Shown piece by piece: positions 15,071 to 28,759 of a stretch of 64,000 bases of DNA (position 1 is the first letter of the stretch; every line of letters starts with the position of its first letter). The notes under the pieces are model-generated. The model worked only from the letters and a program-made list of their open reading frames with translations, had not been told where the DNA came from and searched no databases. Both the position numbers and the translations under genes were made by a program. The stretch comes from Eledone cirrhosa (Eukaryota): contig OZ024743.1 in assembly GCA_964016885.1 (NCBI GenBank), positions 97,960,001 through 98,024,000 on the forward strand. The letters are read 5' to 3'.

Positions 15071-15508
15071 TTAGTGGTGATGGTCTGGAAAAATGGAAAG
15101 TGACGATAATTTGGTCGGAACAAGGAAATTGTTTCCAGAGGTTTTTCGTTTGCTGATACTGTTTGTGGTCACTACTCCTGGCAGAAAAAGGCGGCTTTGA
15201 ACTCATAACTCACAAAGCCTGATATAGCCAATTACCCGACTGTTTGACGATTCTGCAAATCCATGGTCTCTTGACTGGAACTTTATTTATCGACACCGAA
15301 AGGATAACCGACAATGTCGACTACGGTGGAATTTGAACTCCGGCGCAGAGAGCCGGAGCAAATACTGCTGCTCTCTATGTATATGTATATATTTATGTAT
15401 GTACGTACATATGTATGTATATAAGTATATACATATGTATTTATGTATGTACGTGTACATGTATGTATGTATGTACGTATGAATAACTGTCAGTACGTAT
15501 GTATATAT

Positions 15509-15551
<43 letters not shown>

Positions 15552-15839
15552 GCGTGTGTGTGTGTGTGCGTGTGTGTGTGTACGTATGTATGTGTTTATG
15601 TACATATGCACGTACATATGCACGTACATATGCATATACGCACGAATGTATGTATATATGTTAATATGTATGATTATGCATGACAGTCATGATTATGCTT
15701 ATAAAATACCTTGCAATGTTTGTTGGTAAGTGTTTCTACTAGAAAGATTGGAGAAACTCGATTTTCAAGTGTCAACTATTGATTAAATCAACAAAACTGA
15801 AAAGTACTTGCTTCTACAGCTATTGAAAAATAATTCAGT

Positions 15840-16190
15840 TTTATTATTGTTGTTGTTGTTCCTAATGGTATTGTTGTTGTTGACGTTGCTATAGCTATGG
15901 AAAACATTTAGTTTATTATTGTTGTTATTATCATCATTAATATTATTAGTTTACTAATATTATCAATATCATTATCATCCTCATCATTATTACTATTATT
16001 ATTACTATTATTATTATCACCATCATTATCATCGTCGTCATCTTCGTCGTCATCACCATCACCATTATCATCATCACCATCATCATCATTATCATCAATC
16101 ATCATCACCATTATCACCATCACCATCATCAACATCATCATAATTATTATTATCATTATTATTATTTGCTATTGTTTTTATTGTTATTGA
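15840..16190. repeat. Compound (ATT/ATC/GTT)n low-complexity tract
   Basis: direct reading. Confidence 0.85.
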
Positions 16191-16741
16191 AATAATTTTC
16201 ATAGTTCGGGGTATTTTTATATTTTTTCTTGAGAAATTACCTTCAGCTAGGGTATTGATCCCCTACTTGAAATTGTCTTCACTGGTGTCAAGTGGAAATA
16301 AACACGATAAAGCCGACCCAATAATGTCCCGCTCGTCAACCAATGAGCTTTAGAATTGCTTTGGTAAAGCTATTGATCTGCTTTCTCATCAAAACGGTCC
16401 TCAACATGTGTATAATGAGTCTTCATTTACGGAACAATGGCAAATAATAATAATAATAAGAAGAAAATATAATAATAATAATAATAATAATGATTTCTTT
16501 ATTAACCACAAGGATTTACATAAAGTAGCCATTAAGGACAGTACAGGACAATACAGGACGGTACAAATGGGCATTTCTGCGTGTAAAAAACAAGAAACAG
16601 AGGATGTAATAATAGAACAATGAAAAAATTCCCCAATAGGGGGGAGACTTCCGAGGGACATTCGTGGAGAAAGCCCATTAAAAAGCCACAGTGACCCTGA
16701 CCACCAGGGCAAGTGCCCTCTCCCAGTTTTCCACCTTTAAT

Positions 16742-19700
16742 TTACAGACACATACTCAGAGTAGGCCCATTCACTCGGGCCATTATTGCCTCTCTCACCC
16801 ATCTTTCAACAAAATGGTGGGAAGAGAGCACTTCTCTTTCTACCCTGATTTTCTTTTTCAAATGAAATTTGAAAAAGTTAATCAGGGCATCACCGAAGAG
16901 GTAAGTGCTCGTCTTCAGCCCTTTCAAACGTGTCCACCATACTATCTCTTTCGCCATGGCCACCAGACAGATAAAAACCTCCTGCCCTTCCCGGCTAAAG
17001 GAAGAGGGCACGCAATCCTCACGATGGACTCAGATGATAGCCGGATCCGTCCTACACGCCACAGCAGGTGTTCGACATAAACCCACAAGTCACCAATGCT
17101 CGGACACTGGACGAGTGCGTGCAGGACGGTTTCGTCGACCTGCGCGCATCACGGACATGCCCGACTGACGGCACCTCCATGCCTGTAGAGTTTTTCCCAA
17201 ACTGGCAAAGCTCCTCGGTAGCACTGCCAGGCCAGGGATTTCTGGAAGTTGTCCATAGGCCCCGGCCCGAAAGTTCTTCCGAAGAGATTGGCTAGTTGAT
17301 TTTCCTCGACGCCGAGTTTCCCCAAGTACGTCGTCGCTCTTCACCTCCACTAATCCTCTATAGAACACCAAGGTGGAGTTTCCACCGATCACATTGCCCT
17401 ATTGGTCGAGGGATGTGAGCGCCTGAAGACATTCCAGTCTCCAAGCGCTCCCTCTCGGTCTTCGCTTGACCCAGGACTGCAGCTCCGTCAAGGAGACGAG
17501 CTGGGGAAAGACGCGTCTAGCAAACGGCGACCACACCTGATCACCGTCGAGGAAGAGGTGGAGATGTCGTAGCCTGAGCGCGTGTCTGCGCATCATCAAC
17601 CACGGCCTACCCACCCCTACACGTAGCGGTTGTTGACAGCAGATTGACTACCTGACCGTCGGAGCGCTTCCCTTCCACAAAAAGCGAAAGAGCAAACGCT
17701 CCAGCGCAGTCAGGCGGAGCTTAGGACAAGGTACGACGGTCAGGCCGTAGTAGATGACGGACGCGATATACGCGTTAACCACCTCCGCTCGACCTTTCAG
17801 GGATAGCTTCCTCTCGGCCCATTTCTGGGTGAGAGAAGCCACCCTGCATGTCACCTCGTCCCAGTTTTTGTCCGTCTGGAGATCCGGACCGAACCAGACC
17901 CCGAGCAATTTAACCGGCCCGTCCGTCCAGCGCCCGACAACGCTGTTGGACGGCATGGACCTGCCTCTCCAGGTGCCGAGCTGCAGGCCCACTGACTTTT
18001 CCTGGTTGATCATTGCTCCTGTCACCGCTTCGTATTCTCTTAGTGTAGTGCCGATCGCTTCGATGTGTTCGGCGTTCGACACCACTACGGTGACATCGTC
18101 CGCATATGCTGACACGGATCTTCCGCATCCTAGTTCGTGCGGGACCCCCCTCAACGTCTCCAGTTTGTGCAGTAATGGCTCGAGAGTCAATACGTACAAG
18201 AGGGACGAGAGGGGACATCCTTGGCGGACCGAGCGCAGGACGTTGAACGGTTCCGAAAGGTGACCGTTCACTCTCACCACAGAGCAGATGTCGCTGTGCA
18301 TGGCAGCGATCCAGCCTCTGAAGACGGGCCCAAAGCCAGCCGTCCTCAGGACTGCCGCTAGATAACGATGGTCGACCCTATCGAAAGCTTTCGACTGATC
18401 TAAATTGATCAAGGACCCACCCGTGCCAGGTTCCCTAGCTACCCTCTTTACGATGTATCGCATGAGGTGGAGGTTGTCGTGGATCGATCTGTCGGGAATG
18501 GCGCATGTCTGCGCCTCTCCCACCAGACCACCAACGACAAGCGCCAACCTCTTTGCTAGCACCTTGGCCAAAATCTTGAACTCTGTGTTTAGCAGTTATG
18601 GGCCTAAAATTATCTATGTTATCCCCCTTGTTCGGATCCTTTCTCAGCAGCGCCACAGCTCCTCGGCTCACAGAGCTAGGAATTCTCCCGTTCCGTTGCC
18701 AGTTGCAGTAGACATCCGCCAAGAGGCCTCCGAACAAGTCTGGCATCTGTACGTAAATTTCATAGGGCAGACCATCCAAACCAGGTGATTTACCCCGTGT
18801 GCAGCTAGTCATTGCCTCCCGTACTTCAGCGGCTGTTATCGGCTTTTCGCAACCTTCCACCTCAGTGGCCGAGAGCCGCGGCAGTCCGTCGAGGTAGACA
18901 CTAAAGTCCATCCCTCGATCCGGCCCGCCGCTGCTCCCGAACACCTAAGCGAAGTGTCGCTGAAAAGCTTCACACATTTTCCCAGGATCGAGTAGCATGC
19001 GCCCGTCGTGGTCCACCAAAAACCGGATCGTGGCTTTGTTGCCACGACGTGCCTCTGCCACTCGGGCCCATTGAACGGCTTTCGTCCCCTCGTGTCTGAG
19101 AGCACGCACCCTAGCTCTGACAACGCAGCCTTCATGCTTTGCATTGAAGAATTGGTCAAGGGCAAATTTCGACGCAAGTACGTCTGTCGCGATGCCTTTG
19201 CTAAGCGCCTCGTCTAATTTTCTAACTAATTCTCCCGCTGCTCTATTTTTCTCTATTGCTAAAGCCTTACTAAACCTAATGGACTCTATTCTAATTGCTC
19301 TTTTCAGAGCAAACCACCACTTGTTGCTGACGATGGCCCCCGTCAAGGCCCGTTTAACTAGATCGCTAATCCGGTCTCTGTAGGCCTTGCGCGCTGGTAA
19401 GGACGCGTTTAGCTTCCAGTAGCCGGGTTCTCGTCTATTAAGCCTATCTAAGTCAAGCACACAGATCACAAATTTGTGGTCCATGTAGCTGACTATCTTT
19501 AATTGTGGACAGCCTATGCTAGACCTATCTATTTCTCTACAAAATACTCTATCTAGATATGATCTGGATGACCCTACGCGATTTTTCCAAGTCCACATTG
19601 GCACATTCGGGAAATCCAATCGGTACCTGTCAGACAGTTCAAAACGCCTGAGCAGGTTGGTGAGGCTCTTGCACCCTCATCCCCTATCCGCTAATCCCAC

Positions 19701-20154
19701 ACAGTCCCAGCGTGCATCTAAGATCCCGTTCCAGTGGCCCACTAACACTAAAGAGCAGGACGTTCCAAGAAAGGTCTCCAGACGCCGGAAGAAATCAGGC
19801 CACCCTGCTCCTGTCGGGGCCTAGACGGCCACTAGCCTGAAAGCTTGCCCGTCTCCGCTGGTCACGTCTAGCACCACCAACTTACCTTCTGGGTCCAGGA
19901 AGATGGCCCGTATGGCGAGATCCAAACATCTCCGAAAAAGCACAGCAACTCCTCCCCCGATCCCGGACGGCTGGGAGATGCGTACACATCGTAGCCGCCA
20001 AAGATCGGTGCGAAGGCCCGTGCTTCGGAGATTCTGGTCTCGCTGATGGCCACTACATTTATGTTTAGTGACCTGATGTTGTTGAGCAGGTGCCCTGCTT
20101 CCATGACGACCCCAAGCCACGCGCATTTATGCTGCCTATTCTGAATGAGGTCAT
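16742..20154 (-). pseudogene. Element A ORF2: AP endonuclease + reverse transcriptase (frameshifts and stops)
   Basis: starts MTSFRIGSINARGL; SETRI, SYLDRVF, DHKFV, WKLN, KSPGLDGLP, LDQSKAFDRVDH, VRQGCPLS, YADD. Confidence 0.9.
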
Positions 20155-20192
20155 GTTGAAATGGAGTGGAAAAGATGGGAAAACCACTTACC

Positions 20193-22028
20193 TTACTTCT
20201 AGTAGAGGAAGGATAGTTTGTCCATCCTTTCTACTGCTTGTGGCCTCCTCCGGAAGGATGTCCTTATAAATCCTCCTGGAGAGTGTTTGTCGGAACTCTC
20301 CGATGTCTTTGGGGAATTTTTGTTTTAGTGTCGTGTACGTTTTCTGTGTGATGCGAGTGATTTGTATGTGTGGAGGTGGTGTGAACTTTTGGGTTGTTGT
20401 GTAGTCTTTTTCTGTGATGCTGGTGTTGTGTTGGTTGTAGTGTAATAATAGGTCAAATTTAATGCTGTGTAGTGTGTATCGTTTTGGTTGTTTTGTTTTG
20501 TTTGCGTTTGTTGTGGGTTTGTTTCTGTTACGCTTTTTGGTGACTTTTGTGGTGTTGGTGATGGTGGTGTTGGGGTTAATGATGGTGATGGGGTTGGTGA
20601 TGCTGGTGTGGATGGTGTGGATGGTGGCATATCTGTCCTAACTTTTTTGTTTGATAATTTATTTGTTTCTTTCTGTATTTTGTTTTTCGAGGGGAAGGAA
20701 GAGAATTTTTTCTTTTTTGGTTTCTTTTTTTCTTTTTTTCTGATACCGTTTCCCACTCCTCGTCGTCACAATCTGTCTCCAGTTGCGATAAGCCGGAGAG
20801 TGGAAAATCCTCCACAGGCGTTGGTTTTGGTTGTGGCGTGGTGGATGGTGTAGGCGCTGGTGCTAGTTCTGGCGCGTTGGTTGGTGGTGGTGGTGGTGTT
20901 GGTTTTGCTACTGTTGCTGGGGTTGTTGCTGTTACAGTTGCTTCTGTTGTTGCTGCTACAGTTGTTGCTGCCATTTCTGCTGCAGGTGGTGTTGATGGTT
21001 GAGTCACTGGGGTGGGTAACAGAGGTGGCCTTAACCTTTTAGCCTGAGGGCAGAAAGCCCTTAGGTGGGTTCCTTCACCACAAACGACACACCTAGGTCT
21101 TCTGCTCTCGACGATTACGGTGAGGTGGCTGCCGTCAGTGAGGTCTATTACCTCTGGGATCTCCTCAATGCTTTTATGGTCCGCTTGGATCAGGAGCTCC
21201 ATCCCAGATCCGGACCAGTTCTGCTTTTCCTTCGCTATTTCAATTATCTTGGTGTTGGCCTCGATGCCGGCGAGGACGGCAGCCATTAGCCAGGGAATTT
21301 CGATGGCCGGTGGAACGTGGGTCACCCTGATCTTCACAAGTCTCTGGCCACAATAGCTTGGGATGAGTGTGAAGTCGTCACTTCTTAATGGGGCCATGGA
21401 GTGTTCTCTGGCCTCCTGTGGTGTTTCAAAGAACACGTCCACGGTTCCATATTTCTGCCCACGTCTGGTGTGGGTTTTTTTTGCCCATACATGTCCCAAA
21501 GGTTTTGGATTTGGGACTCGGATGCCCGTTCCACTCGGCGCGATTTTATGTTAATTGTCCGATAAGACACGGTGCATAGGCGACGTTGCTCCATTTTATT
21601 AGGTGGGGGTGGGGTGAGGCTGACCCTGTACCCATCTTTCTTTCCCATTCCTTTGGCTTCTTCTAATTCCTTTTGAGTTACCTGGATCGCTTCGCACGTT
21701 ATTGCTACTCTGGCAAAGTTTCAGTTGTGGTGGTTGTGGCGTCAGTGGTGTTCGGTGTGGAAGAGTTCATTTTGGTTGAATTCATTTCGATATCACGAGA
21801 TAATTTATTTTTTTCTTTTGTTTCTGTTGTCGCTGTGGTGGTGGTGGGGGTGGCGGCTTTAACGCCTGCAGTCATTGGTAATGGCGGGAAATGAACGTCT
21901 GCCTGAGACAAATTTAAAATATTGCTACTGCTTACATTTCCAGTGTTGGCAAACGTAGCAATATTTACAATGGTGGTGTCGGTGTGAGGTGTTAGATTGT
22001 GAGGAAGGAGTGACTCTGAGTCATCCAT
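20193..22028 (-). pseudogene. Element A ORF1 (gag-like, zinc knuckle), frameshifted
   Basis: ORF-track pieces 21705-22028, 21385-21648, 20576-21499, 20325-20756; CVVCGEGTHLRAFC knuckle; Thr/Pro-rich linkers. Confidence 0.8.
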
Positions 22029-22514
22029 GATTTTTCAAAGAAAAGTTTTGTTTGATAATTATAAAAAGTTTAAATTTGGGGCTCAAGGCCCCAATATTTT
22101 TGAGTGTCCTTTTCAGAAATCAATGTATGTGCACTTATATACAGTTAACAATAAAAATGTTCCATAAATGGCAATTTTAAACAACTGAAAATAACAAACC
22201 TTTGCGGAGCTCACGATGATACGATTTACTACGTAGGTCGCCAATAATTATAATAATAATAATACTTTCTTTATTAACCACAAGGGTTTACATAAAGTGG
22301 ACCTTAAGGACAGTACAGGACAATACAGGACGGTACAAATGGGCATTTCTGCGTGTAAAAAAAAAAAAAAAAAAACAGAGGATGTAATAAAAAATAACAA
22401 TGAAAAATTCCCCAATAGGGGGAGACTACGGAGGGACATTTGTGGAGAAAGCCCATTAAAAGGCCACAGTGACCCTGACCATCAGAGCAAGTGCCCTCTC
22501 CCAGTTTTCCACCT

Positions 22515-24322
22515 TTAATTTACAGACACATACTCAGAGTAGGCCCATTCACTCGGGCCATTCTTGCTTGGACGGTTTCGTGCAGGACGGTTTCGTCGCC
22601 CTGCGCGCATCTCGGACATGCCCGGCTGACGGCACCTCCATGCCTGTAGAGTTTTTTTATCCCGAACTGGCAAGGCTCCTCGGTAGCACTGCCAGGCCAG
22701 GGATTTCTGGAAGTTGTCCATAGGCCCCGGCCCGAAAGTTCTTCCGAAGAGATTGGCTAGTTGATTTTCGTCGAGGCCTAGAGTTACCCCAAGTACGTCG
22801 TCGCTTTTCCCCTCCACTAATCCTCTATAGAACGCCGAGGTGGAGTTTCCACCGATCACATTGCCCGATTGGTCGAGGGCTGTGAGCGCCTGAAGAAATT
22901 CCAGTCTCCAAGCGCTCCCTCTCGGTCTTCGCTTGGCCCAGGACTGCAGCTCCGTCAAGAAACGAGCTGGGGAAAGACGCGTCTAGCAAACGGCGACCAC
23001 ACCTGATCACCGTCGAGGAAGAGGTGGAGATGTCGTAGCCTGAGCGGGTGTCTGCGCATCATCAGCCACAGCATGCCCAGCCCTCCACGTAGCGGGTGTT
23101 GACAACAGATGGACCGCCTGACCATCGGAGCGCGTCCTTTCCACAAAAAGCGAAAGTGCAAACGCTCCAGCGCAGTCAGGCGGGCTTAAGACAAAGTACG
23201 ACGGTCAGGCCGTAGCAGATGATGGACGTGATGTACGTGTTCATAGACCATCCATACCAGGCGATGTACCCCTTGTGCAGCCAGTCATTGCCTCACGTGC
23301 TTCAGCGGCTGTTATCGGATTTTCGCAACACTCCGCCTCAGTGGCCGAGAGCATCGCAGTCCGTCGAGCGCCTCGTCTAATTTTCTCACTAGTTCTCCCT
23401 CTGCTCTATTTTTCTCTATACCTAAAGCCTTACTAAATCTAATGGACGCTATTATAATCGCTCTTTTCAGAGTAAACCACCACTTGTTGTTGACAATGGC
23501 TCCCGTCAACGCTCGCTTAACTAGTTCGCTAATCCGGTCTCTGTAGGCCTTGCGCGCTGGTAAGGACGCGTTTAGCTTCCAGTAGCCGGGTCCTCGTCTA
23601 TGAAGCCTATCTAAGTCAAGCACACAGATCACGAATTTGTGGTCCGTGTAGCTTACTATCTTGAATTGTGGACAGCCTATGCTAGACCTATCTATTTCCC
23701 TACAAAATACTCTATCTAGATATGATCTGGATGACCCTATGCGATTTGTCCAAGTCCACATTGGCACATTCGGGAAATCCAATCGGTACCTGTCAGACAG
23801 TTCAAAACGCCTGAGCAGGTTGGTGAGGCTCTTGCACCCTCCTTCCCTATCTGCTAATCCCACACAGTCCCAGCGTGCATCTACGATCCCGTTCCAGTCG
23901 CCCACTAACACTAAAGAGCGGGACGTTCCTAGAAAGGTCTCCAGACGCCGGAAGAAATCAGGCCGCCCTGCTCCTGTCGGAGCATAGACTGTCACTAGCC
24001 TGAAAGCTTGCCCGTCTCCGCTGGTCACGTCCAGCACCACCAACTTACCTGCTAGGTCCAGGAAGATGGTCCGTATGGCGAGATCTAAACCTCTCCGAAA
24101 AAGCACAGCAACTCCTTCCCCCGATCCTGGACGGCTGGGAGGTGCGTACACATCGTAGCCGCCGAAGATCGGTGCGAAGGCCCGTGCTTTGAGATGAGAT
24201 TCTGGTCTCGCTGATGGCCACTACATCTCTGTTTAGTGACCTGATGTTGTTGAGCGGTGGCCCTGCTTCCATGACGACCCCAAGCCACGCGCATTTGTAC
24301 TGACTATTCTCAGTGAGGTCAT
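22515..24322 (-). pseudogene. Element B ORF2 remnant (endonuclease + C-terminus)
   Basis: MTSLRIVSTNARGL; VYAPT, GDWN, SYLDRVF, TDHK; joins directly to post-RT sequence. Confidence 0.85.
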
Positions 24323-24361
24323 GTTGAAATGGAGTGGAAAAGATGAGAAAGACCACTTACC

Positions 24362-26452
24362 TTACTTCTCGTAGAGGAAGGATGGTTTCTCCATCCTTTT
24401 CACTTGATCGTCTGGTGAAGGGACCGTTGAATCGTCCCTTCGGCTGGTCGTCGGCTCTTCTGTGAGTGTATCCGAATATACTCTCCGGTCGAGTGTCCCT
24501 CCTAGGTCTCTGAAACCACCAACTGCGTTGGGGAACTTTATTTTATTGTTTGTGTATTGTTTATGTGCTATTCTTACCAGTCTTATGTTCGTTGGTGTTT
24601 TGATTGGTGCTGGTATTATGTAGTCGTGCTGTGAAATGTCTGTGTGTTCAATTATGTAAGTCATTAGTTTCTTGTTGTGTGTATTTATTGCTGTGCATTT
24701 GTTTTTCTGGGGATGGAGTGTGGTTCTGCTATTTTCTTGTCGTTGTTGCTGGGTGTGTGCGTTTTGTTGTTGTGTTTGCGATGTTGGTGCTTGTGGTGGT
24801 GGTGTTGAAGATGTTGTTATTTGCGGTTGGGTTGCCGCCGGTGGTGATGGTGGTGCTAGTGTGGGTGGTGATGGTGTTGGTGGTGTTGCTGCTGTAAGTC
24901 TCTTTGCAGTAGCCTTTACCCTTTTTTCATTTATTTCATCCCTTTTCGAACGCGACGATGCGCTGCTTCTGCGTTTGTGCCTTCTTGCGACCTTTTGCCA
25001 TCCCTCTCCCACCTCACACTCCATGTCCGATTCTGTGAGGTCGGGAGGGGTACCAGCTCCCCTCTTTCACTTCAGCTGTTGTTGTTGTTAATACTTCCAC
25101 TGCTGCTGCTGTTCTTGATTTCCGTGGCGTGGGTATGGGTGCCACGGACCTATCATTCCTGCTTGCCGCCTGTCCTGTTGCTGGTAGCAGTGGAGCCGGT
25201 TTCGGAAGGAGGGGAGGTTTTCTCCTTTCTCAGGGTCTTCTCATTGCAGAAGGCCCTGAGGTGAGTCTTCGATCCACAGCGAAAGCATTTCGGGTGTTTG
25301 CCCTCAACACTTATGGGCAGTTGAGTGCCGTTATCGAAGTCTATCACATCCGGGATAGCTTCGATGCACTCCTGGTTGGTTTGGATTAACATCTCAATTG
25401 AGGTGCCAAATCTTCTCGTACTTTTTTCTGTACTTGCAGTACAGTTGTTTTGTCCTCGATTCCGACGAGGACAGACGCGGCCAGCCAAGAAGGGGCCATC
25501 CCGGGGGGAACGTGGGTCAGTTTGACCCTCACAATTTTTTGCCCGCAGTAGGAGGGCACCAACACCATTTCGTCGCTCCTTAGGGTCACTAAGGATTGAG
25601 CCTTTGCCTTCTCGGGTGTGGCAAAAAGCACGTCCACGGTGGCATATTTCTTGCCTCGGGTGATATGCGTTTTCCGCTGCCACACAGACCCTAAGGCTTT
25701 TTGTATTTGAGCCTCTGTGGCTCTTTCAACCCTACGTGATTTTGTGCTTACTGTACGTACGTGACCATACAGTGCTGTTGGGTTTCGAAAAATGTTTCGG
25801 CTGCCTTGCAGATTGCTCGGTGTCCAGTTTTCGGCGCCTTCTTCTTTGCTTCCTGTAATTCCTCATTTGTTATAAGGATGGTTTCCAAGTTCTTTGCGAT
25901 ACCTGTAAACGAGATTGGTTTTTTTTTCTTCTTCTTCTTGTCGTCAGAGCTGCTGTTACTTTTGTTGTTGCTGCTGGTACTACGACCGCCGCCGCCGCTG
26001 TTGCTGTGGTTGTTGTTGTTGTTGCTGCTGCTGCTGCTGCTGCTGTTGTTGTTGTTGCTGTTGCTGCTGCTGCTGCTGTTGTTGTTTATGCTGCTACTGA
26101 TGTTGTTGCGGCTGCTACTAGTGTTTTCCTTGTCACTGTTGCTGCTGCTGCTGTTATTACGGCTGCTACTGCTATTCTTCATGGCGCCAGACGAATGAAA
26201 TGGCTTTCCGTATTTACCGTACACATTTTTCGTCGTCGTGGAGAAATGTTCCATGGTATACACGTGCTCTTGGTGAAAGCTATCAGAAACTATATTTTTA
26301 TTTTTATTTAATGGCGTCGCTTGCGAAAGAGGCGACACCACATTTAGAGAAGGGAGGGAGAGAAACAATCTTCTCTCTGATGTAGTGACGATTGAGGAAG
26401 AAGAAGACGGAATGAGTGGGAGTGACTTCTGAAAATTCTTTTTTGTAGCCAT
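24362..26452 (-). pseudogene. Element B ORF1 (gag-like, zinc knuckle), frameshifted, with Ser/Asn repeat expansion
   Basis: KTHITRGKKYATVDVLF and CFRCGSKTHLRAFC are homologous to A ORF1; stop at KPSFLYEK*. Confidence 0.8.
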
Positions 26453-26691
26453 GTTTTTGGGGGGGTTTAAAATGAATATTGGGCACAAAACCGCAATAAG
26501 CGGTTATTTAACCCCGAAGGGCCAAATAACGGGCAGAAAGAGCCCTCTCACGAGGAGGAGGGTGTTTTTATCTACAATTTGGTTAAAGTTTTAAACAATT
26601 TACAATTGTTATAGCGGTTAAAAATTACTATTCCTTACAGAGCCGAGCTTCCGTCAACCATGGCATTCAATAATAATAATAATAATAATAA

Positions 26692-27672
26692 TGATTTCAT
26701 TTATTAGCCACAAGGGCCGACATGTAGGGGACAATAAAAAGACAGGAACAGTGTGGGTTTACAATAAGGTCGAGTAAAAGTGTACAATGGCAAGACTAAT
26801 TTAACAATGAAGATATAAAAATATAAAATAAACTATGCATAAATATAACAAAATAAATTCCCCGATCGGGAGTGGACGACCCTGGGGTGACTCGGGTACC
26901 CCACCAATCCTGAACCACCCTGCGCTTCTAGCGCACCCAAGGAGAGTACCCCTCTCCTCAAGTTAGCCAGCCTATAGGCGCATGGTCAGAGTAGGCCCAT
27001 TCACACGAGCCATTCTCGCCACATTCATCCACCTTTTAGCAAATGTACTGGGAGGGCAGCACTTCTCTCTCCACCCTCACCTTCCTTTCCAGGTGAAACT
27101 TGAAGAAGTTGATGAGGGATTGGCCGAAGAGAAAAGTGTCTGTCTTCAGTCCTTTTAATCTGGTCCACCATATAACCTCTTTCGCAACTGCCACCAGACA
27201 GAGGAAAATTTCCTGTACTTCCTGACTTAAGGAAGGTGGTGGATCGATTTTCACTATGGACTCGGCCGATAGCCGGATCCGTTCCACACGTGTCAGTAGC
27301 TGTTCGACATAACTCCACAAGTCAGTAATGCACGGACATTGGACAAGTGCGTCAGAACGGTTTCGTCGTTCTGTGCGCATCTTGGGCAGGTCCGTCTGAC
27401 AGCACTTCCGTGCCTGTAGAGTTTATCCCGAACCGGCAGTGCCCCCCGGTAGCACTCCCAAGCGAGGGATTTCTGGAAATTGTCCATCGTCCCCGGCTCG
27501 AAAGTCCTCCGGTATAGACTGGTCAGTTCGACTTCGTCGAGGCGCAAAGCTTCTCCGAGTGTGTAATCGCACTTCCCACCACTAATCCTCTATAGAACTC
27601 GAGATTGGAAGTTCCACTGATCGCATTGCCCGCTTGGTAGAGGGCAGTGAGTGCCTGGCAACATTCCAGGTG
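26692..27672 (-). mobile_element. 5'-truncated Tx1-type element C (ORF2 C-terminus + 3' UTR)
   Basis: MDNFQKSLAWECYRGALPVRDKL, CPRC...QCP zinc motif; AATAAA then (ATT)n; (ATT)n also at the truncated 5' end. Confidence 0.85.
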
Positions 27673-27698
27673 TATAATAATAATAATAATAATAATAA

Positions 27699-27857
27699 TT
27701 GTTTCTACTTTTGGTACAAGGCCAGTAAGAACCCAGTACATTACTGGTACTTTATTTTATCGACTCCCTAAGGATGAAAGGCAACGTTAACCTCGCCAGG
27801 ATTTGAACTCAGACCTTAAAAGGCCGTAACTCTATGCGTCAAAGCATGGCGTCCGAA
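27699..27857 (-). mobile_element. SINE whose (ATT)n tail abuts Tx1 element C
   Basis: matches SINE consensus; 5' head truncated. Confidence 0.85.
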
Positions 27858-28759
27858 ATAATAGTAATAATAATATCAAGAACAACAGAAGCAGCAACAG
27901 AGAAAGAAGTGGTAATTTTTGTTTTCACCTCTGACCACTTAAAAATATTTTGCTGTAGTTTCATCCCAGAATCGATGTTCAATAGATACAAATATTAGCT
28001 CACGTTTAATATATGTTATGTTTAACAATATATCACCTGTATTATCATATATTGTGTCTGTTAAATAGTGGTAGCACTAACACAGGGTGCTTGAAAATAA
28101 AGATGCATATCTTTATGTATAATGTTTTCTGATTTAGGTAAGGAGGAAAGGCAAACTAACCTCGGCGGTATTTGAACTCAGAATTAAAGGGCCGTAAATC
28201 TATGCCACGAAGCATGTTGTCCGACGCTCTACCAAACTGCCAATTCTCCGCCCTTATGTTTATGTATAATAAACATGTATATAGTTGGCTGTGAGTATTG
28301 TAAGTTGTCATCATAATACACGATTTCAGGCTATACCTTTTACCCAGCTTACACAACAGAAAGGATTGTATCATCTGCATGTGATAGAAAATGTTATACT
28401 ACTCACTACATGTGAGGCTATCTGCCTATTTTAGAAATTATAATAGCCATCACTGACACCTCTGATCATCTTCATATTTGAGAAATTATCATACCTGCCA
28501 TAAAAATATGTGGCTATGTCCCACTACTAAGAATAGTTATGAGTTTGGGTTTTGGTTTTTGTGTTTTTATTGTTTGGACAATGAATAATAAAATCGGTAA
28601 CCAACTGGATTTAGTTAGGTCTCTTTTTATATTTAGTTTTTTATTCCCTTTCCTCAGCCCGGAATAGATAAGCTAATCCTCTGCTGGGGCAGAGTTAACC
28701 TTTTGTGCCTTTTCCGGAGTTTTGTGGCATTCTGTGCATCTTAAAACTGTTTTGTTTGA

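Larger units (their letters stand above)
16491..22244 (-). mobile_element. Near full-length L1/Tx1-clade non-LTR retrotransposon (element A), inactivated
   Basis: 5' UTR, ORF1 with CCHC knuckle, ORF2 APE-RT, 3' AATAAA followed by (ATT)n tail; (ATT)n also at the 5' junction. Confidence 0.9.
22264..26668 (-). mobile_element. Tx1-type element B: different ORF1/5' UTR, ORF2 internally deleted (no RT core)
   Basis: 3' end and endonuclease nearly identical to A; RT motifs missing around 23240-23370; flanked by (AAT)n on both sides. Confidence 0.85.

Noticed and set aside
17754-26311. Plus-strand ORFs overlapping the Tx1 elements
   Set aside because: Antisense shadows of GC-rich or repeat-rich coding sequence with no motifs
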